A stretch of 64,000 nucleotides of DNA from Eledone cirrhosa. Taxonomy: Eukaryota. The stretch lies in assembly GCA_964016885.1 (NCBI GenBank), contig OZ024744.1, forward strand, positions 61,876,001 through 61,940,000, read 5' to 3'. The position numbers were made by a program, and so were the translations under genes. This document shows positions 54,130 to 64,000 of the stretch, piece by piece. The notes below the pieces were generated by a model that worked only from the letters and a program-made list of their open reading frames with translations, searched no databases and was not told the origin of the DNA. The first letter of the stretch is position 1. Each line of letters begins with the position of its first letter.

Positions 54130-54450
54130 AACAGAGGAAAACCTCTGAAAGTCACTAGGGGTAAAAGCACACAAAATCCCAGGGTCACCCTGATCACTAG
54201 GGCCCTCTTCCAATTGCCTTCCTCCAATTTACAGGCGCATCTCAGAGCACACTATTCTCACCACCTTTCAACAAACTGGTCGGGAGGTAGCACTTCCCTT
54301 TCCACCTTGATTTTTCTCTTCGAGTGAAACATGAAAAAGTTAATCAAGTCTTCACTTAAGAGCAAAGTGCTTGTCTTCAAGCCCTCTTTTTTTATTTGCC
54401 AGAAGGGCATCAGATGAAGAAGTCATTACAAAGATTAAGGTGGGGTTTAC
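54130..54450 (-). mobile_element. Tx1/L1-like LINE 3' fragment
   Basis: Minus frame EGLKTSTLLLSEDLINFFMFHSKRKIKVEREVLPPDQFVERW resembles Tx1-type ORF2 C-termini. T-rich tail follows. Confidence 0.5.
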
Positions 54451-57204
54451 ACCGAAATGAGAGAATTGGTAACAAGTATACATAGTACAATATAAAAATA
54501 ATTGTTTCTACTACTTGTACAAGTCCAGCAATTTGAAGGGAAAGGAAGTCGATTAAATCGACCCCAATGCATTACTGATACTTTATTTTATTGACCCCAG
54601 AAGGATGAAAGGCCAAATTTATTTCTGTGGGATTTGAACTCAGAATATACATGCCCAGAACAAATACCTCATGATATTTTGTTCAATGGTCTAATAAGTC
54701 TGCCTAGTTATAATAATTGGGAATTCTATTATTCAAATAAAATGTTAAAAACTAAACTGGAATAACTTGCCCTAATCTTCTCAAAATAAAATATGATATA
54801 ATTCTTAGTCAGGAATGCTACTGCAGGAAATACAGGTTTAAACAGTTTTTTGTTGTTTTTTTATAGCCTCCCCCCAACCCAATCTCCTACACAACACACA
54901 ACTGAGTAAATAACACACAAGAGAAATTTCTAGAAAAAAAATTCTAAGTATTTATTTATTTTTTAAATTAGTAACTGTCTTTTCTTTCTTTTTTTGTTTA
55001 GGGGTGAGAGAGGAGGAGGGGTGTGAGGGAATTTGATAAAATCTATTTGATAGTTATCATATGTTTTAGCATCTGTTTTTACAAGCTGTCATAGTTTTCT
55101 TAAATAGCTGTTTTGTGAAACATTGTTGTGTTGGCAAGCTGTCTTAATCATTTGTCTCATCACACACCTCACAACTCTTAGCCATAAAACCTCTTAGATC
55201 CTCCTATCCTATCTTAAACTAACTCATTCCATTACTTCCTTCATTCAGACTCTTAGTAAATCTCATGGCTTACCCAGATTTCATTCAGATTCCCCATTAT
55301 ACAATTCTCACCAAATGTCCATAATATTTGCATTCTTTCTCACACTAAATATGGTCAAATGTTTAAAACGTTCTATCACAACCATATGGTCCTGGGTTCA
55401 ATCCCACTGTCTGACATATTGAGAAAGTATCATTGACCAAAAACTTATGAATAAAACTAAGTAGACAGAAACTGTGTAGAAGCCTGTCAGATGGACTGTA
55501 CCAGTAATTCAAACTGTGTCACGCTAAATCTCCCTGAGAATTATGTTCGGGATACACATATCATTGGTATACTCAGCCTCTTACACATTCAATTCATGAG
55601 CAGGCTGATTCATTGATTGAACAACTGGAACACTCATAATTGGAAGCACAGAAGTCCATTCCAATAACATCAAATAACACACAATATATATATATATATA
55701 TATATATATCTAAGTTGGTTGTGTTTAGACATGGAGATGTGCTACTCAAAGTTTAAATACTAAAGACAAATTATTTTATGACAGCACCTGTACAACTCAA
55801 TCAGAAGTTGAGGAGAAAGGGAAGGAATGAAGAAAGGAAGTAAGCAATTGATAATGTATTTTATTGACCACAAAAGGATGAAAGACAAAATTAACCTCAG
55901 TAGGATTTGAACTTGGAACAGATAGGCATGCACCAAATTTACATACATTTCATCATCCTTTTTTCCATGCTAGCATGAGTTGGGTGGGTGGGTCATTCCA
56001 GACAAAGTCAGTACCTTTTATTTTTAAATTAAAAATTTTAAAACTAAAAATTGATATAGTAGAAAAAACAAGAATTCCCATAAAAGCTCAAATCAGCAGA
56101 AATTACCCATTTAAGAAAACCCTGTGTTCTGGTAGAAATTTTCTCTACACTCCTAACAGACACAATCCTCAGACAGATTAAGGAAGCCACACATACAACA
56201 TATAGTAAACCCTACTCACGATAGAAAACATGAACGCCCCCCCCCCAAAAAAAAACAACCCAACTGATGACAATATAAAGACATATAAGAATAAATCTAA
56301 TGAGATAAACAAGCATAAAACCACCCTCAATAGAATACAGGAAAGGAATAATAACTACCTAGTGATGAGTGAAAGTGAGAGAGAGAATAAGAAAAAACAT
56401 GTACACACATATAGATATATGTGTATACATGCACAGATAGACACGGCAAACACTGAAGATTATGGAACTAGCAGCACAGAAACACACACACACAGAGGCA
56501 CAAATACACGTGCATATGCATAGCACATACACACCATAGAAAAACAAGATGGAGTAAATAAAACAAAATTAAACAAATACAAGACACAAAAGAACAAGGA
56601 TAGTCATTGATAAGGTCACAGAATGTGTAACAAAAGAGCTCTGACAATTAAATATGATGATTCAACAGCCATCTAGTTAATAAATTAACCAATGAATGGA
56701 TTAGTTACTTTAATAATAAAACTGAAGTGAAACTCACTGATGCATGTGCATTTATTGGTAACATGGCCCTCCCAAAGTGTATATCATCACCATGTATGTG
56801 TATGTATATGAAGTAACATGAAGTGATGTATCTTGTTCAAGAAAACAACGCACAACCTTGTCCAAGAATCTATTCTACAACTTCATGATCATGAGTCCAA
56901 CTCCCTAACTACAAGTCCATAATAAAAAACAAAAACTTTTTTTTTGTTATATATTAGTGTTGTGTGTGTGTGTGTGCATAAAATCCACAAAGTTATTAAG
57001 TTTGGCGAAAAATTCGAATATTACTCATTCCATCCATCAAACAATGAATTATACACTTGTGTGTTTAGATACATATTATGATGATATGTATCACTAGGTA
57101 CACATAATCCACAAACATAGCTTTGTTAAAGTTTGGTGGTGAAATTAAATAGTACTTATTCCATCTGTAAAACAATGGGTTATGTAAACGGTGTTTGTGT
57201 GTAT

Positions 57205-57600
57205 TTTTGTAAACAATATATGAGGATAAATCAAATGAAAAACAAACTAGCACTTCTTACATATATAGCAAATGATATGTAGATTTAAAGCCACACACAT
57301 AGGTGTTAGAATAAAGCTGTACTCACATAAAGATTATATTGTACTTAGATGGCCGTACTTCCACAGTAGATTAAAATACAAATTTAAAGCCATACAGATA
57401 GAATACTTAGATGGCCAAATGGAAGTACGGCCATCTAAGTACAACATAATCTTTATGTGAGTACAGCTCTATTCTAATATCTAAGTGTATGGCTTTAAAT
57501 TTATATTTAAATTTACATATCATATGCTATATATGTATATATGTCAAAAATGCTAGTTTGTTTCTCAATTGATATATCCTCGTATATCATTTACAAATAT
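57205..57600. mobile_element. Foldback/MITE-like long inverted repeat
   Basis: Arms ~57205-57363 and ~57420-57600, e.g. GTACTTAGATGGCCGTACTTCCA / TGGAAGTACGGCCATCTAAGTAC. Confidence 0.8.
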
Positions 57601-58222
57601 TTTATATTATTGATGCTCTGAACAGATGTTTATTGAGCTTTTTATTGAGAAATATTATCGATATATATTTTAAACCTAAAATTAGCTTTATATATAAAAA
57701 TATATATATATATATATATCACGATAAATTAACGGAGCCATAGACTCTCGACCTTTTCAACACATTGTGTATATATATATATGATTAAAAAATAACCAGA
57801 ATTTAAATTAAATCATGTAACTGATTGATAAATGTTACAATTAAAACAACAGGAATATTCATTCCTGCTATATTAATTAATCCCTACAGAATTTATTAAA
57901 TAACAAAAATAGCAAAAATAGTTACTAACACATGTCTATAAGGTAATCATTTCTGACTCTGGTCATTATCAAGCTATTTCACCCTGCCCTGCTCGCTGCT
58001 GGATCTTAACATAAGCGAAAACATATAGTTTATGGGCTGATCAGCCACATTTGCATATAGAATATCGACTGGCTCGGCCGGAAGATAAACTAAGGGCATA
58101 ACAAAACTATGTTAGAGTTATTGCCCATATTATATATATATATATATATATGTAATGAATGAATGAATGCATGCATGCATGCATGCAGATGTTATTTTCA
58201 TAGAATAATTCTTCCAACTTAC

Positions 58223-58378
58223 AGTTAGATTTATCAGATGTTTCAGTATCATTGTTTTTCTTCTTTAGGTTTTGAGAGCTGTTTGAAGAATCCACTGATG
58301 CATTGTCAACTATATCAGGTTCTCCCCACCATGAAGGCTGTCCATAAAGAGGTGTCACTTTTTTTATCCTAGTTACTT
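58223..58378 (-). CDS. CEP170: CEP170-like gene exon (most 5' exon seen; phase 1-1, 156 nt)
   Basis: Encodes VTRIKKVTPLYGQPSWWGEPD. PLYGQPSWWG is the conserved post-FHA motif of the CEP170/CEP170B family. Acceptor tttcttttgcAG, donor GTAAGT. Confidence 0.85.
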
Positions 58379-59523
58379 CTGCAAAAGAAAACACACAAAA
58401 TATAAGCATTGAAATCAACATATACAAATAAACATATACGTAGATTTAACATGTAAATTTATTCACTAACTCCTGTTCACCAACACAGTTTGTGAGTATG
58501 TGCGTATGTATTTATTTATTTCTGTGTGTTTAGGGAGCAGCTTTTCTTTAAAACATGCTATACTTAAAAGACGATTGTATGCCAGTTTTATTTATTATTT
58601 TTCATATTTCTTTATGCTTTGTTTGGAACAATAGTGTTCCCAAAGAATTCCACAGCCCCATCTTCAGAATAATAATGTTAAGACTAGTACCATATTGCTC
58701 AAGCATTCAGCAGTAGTAGAAAATCAAGAATGTATATGAAATAAGTAAAAAATCATGAATATATTTGAAATAAGTAAAAAAAAAAAAAATGAAAAACCAG
58801 TACCTGAAAACATTTTACACTATATTAGTAAAATGTTTATATTATACAAAGTTAGAAAATAGTCTTGACGTTTCAGATTCTAGTCCTTTATAGGTAGACA
58901 GAATGTTTTGGGAAGGGGAGGAAAAGTGAAGACAGACGAGAAAAACAGGAAAATGGAGAAAAACTAGAAAAAAGAAAAGATGTGTTATTACATATCAGCC
59001 ATCACAGACTATTACACACACATATATCAGTGGCTTTTACATCAGGTCTTCTATGCTTGTAAGGCCAAAACTTATCCAGGTTAGAAGCCTTAAGTAACAA
59101 AGTAAATGACTCCATTTTGGATCGGACACCAGTCAGCTACAAGTTTAACCCTCAGCTGTTGTTGATATTGGTACTCGTTTTAATTTGAATGAATTAGCAG
59201 AATATGAAACCAAATGAAATAAGCTCCAACCTTTGTCCAACCCATGCCTGCTTGGAAAATCAAACAAAACCAATCTAAAAAAATAAAAAGTAGCACCAAG
59301 TTTCATCAGAGTCTTGAGGAAAGGCAAATTCTGACAGTCAGGCACGTCCTTCAAATAAGTATTTTTTTTTTTTTTACCAGTCAGTTACTAACACCCTCAC
59401 ATCGAGGTTAACTTTGCCTTTCATCCTTACGGGGTCGATAAAATAAAGTACCAGTAATACACTGGATAATTGCTGACCTAGTGCCTAAAGTAGAAACAAT
59501 TATTTTTAATCCCTTTGTTACCA

Positions 59524-60350
59524 TCTATATATTAATTTCAACAACGTCAGTATTCCGTGTGTCATAATTCTCGATTATCATTGGTTCATAGATTTCAAAC
59601 GACTCCGCCCACCTCAACGATGCCAAACTTAAATTAATACGTATAATGCCAATGAGGGAGTGAGAGGGGAGAGTAAGAAACAGAGAGGCAAAGTGAACGC
59701 TGTAACTATTACCATGTGTGCGTGTGTATGTACGTGCGCATATGTTTATGTGTGTGTGTGCGTGTGTGCGTGCAGTGTTCCACAGAAAGTAAAAACTATC
59801 AACATGTATGAGTGTGTAAGTGTGTGTAAGTGCACGCATGCGTGTGTAAGTTTGCGTGCGTGTGCGCGTTTCCATGCGTGTGTGTGTGTACGTGGGGCGT
59901 TCCACAATCGCCACGCAGTTTATTTGTCTGTGTGCCTGTCTGTCAGTCTAACATACACCGAGTTGTGAAGGGAGTAAATAGGGACCTTTTTTTACATTGA
60001 CGGACATCTATTATATTTATTATTGTACCAGTAATTCACTCTGGGTAATTGCTGGCCCTGTGCCTAAAGTAGAAACAATTATTGTGTCATTTTTTTGACA
60101 ATTGCTCGAAATGAATACTGATAATAAAAGCAATTCGACTTTATCAAACAGTGAACTACAGCGGCGACGGCGTGCAGCCAGGAATGAAGAAAAACGGGCC
60201 GAACAGCGCCATCAGAACGCCGAACTTCAGAGGCGAAGACGTGCCGCCATGAATGAAGAGGAGTTGGCTGAACAACGCCAACGAAACACTGGAGCCAAGC
60301 AGCGACGGCGTGCTGCGATGGTTGAAGACGAACTGACTGAGCATCATCTT
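59524..60350 (+). mobile_element. Probable Helitron 5' portion encoding 23-aa repeats (STPR-like)
   Basis: TCTATAT start. ORF 60102-60359 has three 23-aa units of the form ELQRRRRAAxNEE..AEQR..N. Interrupted by a SINE fragment at 60025-60083. Confidence 0.5.
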
Positions 60351-60362
60351 TTATATTAATTA

Positions 60363-60720
60363 TCTATATCTATATCTACATATAATATAAAAGATTGGAA
60401 CTTCCATCATCCTTTTGAGAAACGTGGAACAACCACGTCTATGCAATGATACACGTTTTGCAGTCAGGCAGAAGATTAACCATCTCCTAGAGGTCACTAT
60501 TCTAGGTGGGAGCAGCTAGAATTGTTCATATACTATGCACAAATGGTACAACGAAGAATCTGGTATATCTGGAAGATTTTTTTTTACTGTTTTCTGTATC
60601 ACACAGACACCACGGACTGGCCTCATACTGTAACCAGACAAACATCCAATAGTCATTTTCTCTTTTACCTGTCTTCTGTTATCATCTGTTTACCCAGGCG
60701 AAGCTGGGTACGTCAGCTAG
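60363..60720 (+). mobile_element. Short non-autonomous Helitron
   Basis: A|TCTATATC start; TACCCAG-GCGAAG-CTGGGTA hairpin then CTAG|T. Confidence 0.75.
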
Positions 60721-60809
60721 TATTTCTAATAGAATGCACTACCAATGTATGTATTTAAAATATTGTTAATATAACTTATCAGTAAGTTGGTGTCTGGAAC
60801 ATAACTTAA

Positions 60810-60962
60810 CCCTTTAAACACTTTATCGTACATAATATCGAATCTACGAGACTTTGATATTTATTTTGAGAACAATACCTTAACATCAGTATGAGCAGCC
60901 AGTTTGAACAGAAAGAGACGAGAGAGTTCTGGCTGAATATGGCCGGTTTAAATGCTAAAGGG
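60810..60962. mobile_element. piggyBac-like MITE (other copies at 19753-19957 and, inverted, ~22980-23188)
   Basis: TTAA|CCCTTTA...TAAAGGG|TTAA; shared internal sequence among the three copies. Confidence 0.75.
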
Positions 60963-62793
60963 TTAAATGTAAAATTATGATGGAAGGTTTTTGAAAGGAG
61001 ATGATACAGGATTGAGTTCACTGGTAGCATGCCTTCTGATGCATATAGGATGAAGCAAGCACAGAGAGGAAGGTAATTTGCACCAATCTCTTTCAAACAA
61101 CTTCCCCCCATTTAATACACCACCATCCCCAATCCCTTAGTATCTAAGTACTCCACTTTAGCCCTCTTCCATCACTTCCTTCCTTCCCACTTGTTTCCAG
61201 AAAGGAAAGACATTCTTCATTTATCCACCCCTCCATCCACTCTAAACCAACACACAAAGACAGTCCCCCTTTCCTTTCACATCCAATCCATGCCAACATG
61301 GAAAGCTGGACACATCCTACTTCCTATGATGATAATATGCTCAGATGGGGTAGGGAACAGTATCCAGGTGTGAAGGTAATTCCAAAACAAAATGTATGAA
61401 CTGGATGTGATCACTTGTCTCAAAACATGACAGGTAGAAATGGAAAATTGATGTTTAATGTTGATGATGATATACTCTACTCCTGTGTAACTCATGTCTT
61501 CATGGAAAGCTGGACATGCTCCATGATATAGTATCAAGCAAGTCTCACTTTCTTCAAGGCAACCCCATAGAATGTCATTCACTCTCCCACAGTGCTGAAG
61601 CTTCAACAAAAAGCACCTACTCCATACTGTAAGGTGGTCGTACTGGTACCATGACAAGAAAAGCACCCAATTTTCTCTGTAAGGTGGTATTGGTAGCGAT
61701 ATAAGAAATAGCTTCCAGTACATGTAGTGTTAGAAAGGGCATCCAACCATAGAAAACCAAGCCCAAAACAGATTGCATAAGCAAGGTGTGGTCACCTGGC
61801 CTGTCAGACTTCATAATGTTCAACCTGTCAAACCCATGTAAGCTTGAAATTTAGACAAATGATGATAATGATGTTGATAAACACTTTAAAATAAAACAGT
61901 TTTGTATAGAAGAATGGGGGAAGAAGAGTACCTTCAGACAGTTTGGTATCAAAACAATTATACACATGTTCAGTTAATCTGAATGACCTGCACACTTATG
62001 TTCTTGTAAACAAAACATAGTAATACTTTTACCTCTAATTCTAAATCATTTCCCATCTTTACTTTAAATTAGTCTCTTTACATGTGAAATGTCTGAACTG
62101 GTAATTATATTTGATAGCATATAAGACACCCATCCTTCATTTTCTGAAAGGAATCTTAAGAAAACATTTTTTTTATGTGTAATTAGATAAACATCTAATG
62201 TTATTAAAACTTGTAACTATAGTAAACCAGAAAAAAATGTGGAAAAAAATACAATGAAAATGAACATGCAACTAGACAGCAGTAATAATTTACAAGGCCA
62301 AATCAACTTGGTTATAACAATAAGTGTTTTATAAAGACAGGATACTAAGAGAAATTAAATTACCAGCAAATAAGAAAATTCGTCAAGTGCTACAGGCATT
62401 TACAGTATATGAATTTAGACTTGGTATAAGTACCAATAATTTATGGTATTTTGGTGAACAATCTACAGGATAGCAATACTTTACATATAGGATCTGGATG
62501 ATATTAGAGAAGTTAGTCTATAGTGCCTTGGTAAACATTATCCTATTGGATCTCAACTTTACATACAGACAACAATATATAGCTTGTGCTTTAATTTCTG
62601 TAGGTATCTTGAAGATAAAATCTTCAACAAATATCACATGTACTACAGTATGAAGTTAAACTAGGTAGTACAAGTAAATATATGGTGTATTTGTCAACAT
62701 TAGTCTACCAGGTAAACTTTTAAGATTTTTTAGCATTTTTTCCATCTTTTCTTTTAGTATTTTTTTTTTTTATTAAAAGAAATGTGAGTCATA

Positions 62794-64000
62794 CGAGGGG
62801 TGTCAGAAAAGTTCCAGGGCTGATGTCACAAAATATTTATTTCAAACCCAAACTTTACACTAAGAGTTTTCTCCTTCCAAGTAATCCCCCTGGAGTATGT
62901 AACTGTAATCTTAGCTCTCTGCAGAGATCAAACTTTTTTCTTCATAATTTTATATACATGTCCTCTGTTTCAGGTCGTCAAGCAATGAGCACAGAGCAAC
63001 GAACAAACTTGAAGTTTCTGGTACGGTTGGGGAAAACTCCGTCAGAAGCACTGGGATTGCTGCAGCAAGTGTATGGAGATGAGACAATGTCAGGCTCATG
63101 TGTTTTTGAGTGGTGCAAGAGGTTTAAAGAAGGACGCGAGGACGTGGAAGATGACCCCAAGAGCAGAAGGCCCTCAACAACCAGGACTGAGGTCAACGTT
63201 GAGTGCGTCAGGCAGATGGTGCGTAGCAATCGTCGGCTGACTGTTCGATTGATGGCAAATGAGCTGGGCATGAATCGGGACAGCATCTGGAAGATTCTCA
63301 CTGAAGATTTGGACATGCGGAAAGTCTGCGCGAAGATGGTGCCAAAACTACTGAATGATGACCAGAAGGGTCGACGCATGCAAGTGTGCCAAGACATCGA
63401 GTGTCTTGAAACCGAACCAGACTTGCTAGGGACAGTCATCACCGGTGATGAGTCCTGGATATTCGAGTACGGAAACCAAACGCCAGATCCTTCAGTGGAA
63501 GAGTCCGTCGTCGCCAAGGCCAAAGAAAGCACGACAGTCGAAGTCCAAAGTCAAGATCATGTTGAACACATTCTTCGATGTGAGGGGGATCGTCCACTGC
63601 GAGTTCTTCCCACAGGGCCAGACAATCAACCAACATGTCTACAAAGAGATACTGCAGCGTTTGCTTCGTTCAGTACGTGAGAAGAGGCGAGAGTTGTGGC
63701 AGGACAACTCGTGGCTGCTTCACCATGACCACGCGCCTGCTCACAATGCCCTGAGCATCCGACAGTTCCTGGCCGAAAAGAACATCGCCGTGCTGGAGCA
63801 ACCTCCCTACTCCCCCAACCTGGCTCTGTGTGATTTTTTCCTATTCCCCAAGCTCAAGGGGGTCATTAAGGGGACCTGTTTTGAAGATGTGGGCGACATC
63901 AAAAAAGCTGTGTCGACGGAACTGCGGAGGATCCCGGGAGAATCCTTCCAGGAGTGCCTGCAAGCGTGGCAGAAAAGGATGGAAAAGTGCATTAGACTCC
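62794..64000 (+). mobile_element. mariner (DD34D) transposon, frameshifted, running off the window end
   Basis: TA followed by CGAGGGG TIR start; ATG at 62985; HTH; ITGDESW. After a frameshift near 63470, HHDHAPAH...PPYSPNLALCDFFLFPKLK with 34 residues between the last two Asp. Confidence 0.95.

Overview
AT-rich animal genomic DNA. The SINE, RTE and microsatellite landscape looks cephalopod/octopus-like, which is an inference and not verified. The window lies inside one large minus-strand, intron-rich gene encoding a CEP170/CEP170B-like centrosomal protein. Six exons join in consistent phase across GT-AG introns (58378-58223, 27209-26746, 23978-23861, 19576-18840, 17836-17761, 14251-12666). 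There is also a probable 36-nt microexon (9517-9482) and a candidate internal first exon (45908-45845). The gene's 5' and 3' ends lie outside the window. The introns are packed with mobile DNA: RTE LINEs (one essentially full length) carrying a PHD-type finger inside the RT, CR1, Tx1-like, Ingi/Vingi-like and CRE-like LINE fragments, a 5'-truncated Penelope-like element, DD34D and DD37D Tc1/mariner elements, Helitron pieces, TTAA and foldback MITEs, and many tRNA-head SINEs. The most notable items are the Penelope-like element (inverted pLTRs each with a hammerhead-like core), a TSD-flanked U2 snRNA 5' retrocopy 60 nt upstream of a splice acceptor, the PHD finger inside the RT, a (TA)n-anchored transposon nest, and the candidate internal promoter. 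No prokaryotic systems or CRISPR arrays are present. I see no unambiguous new multi-gene system.
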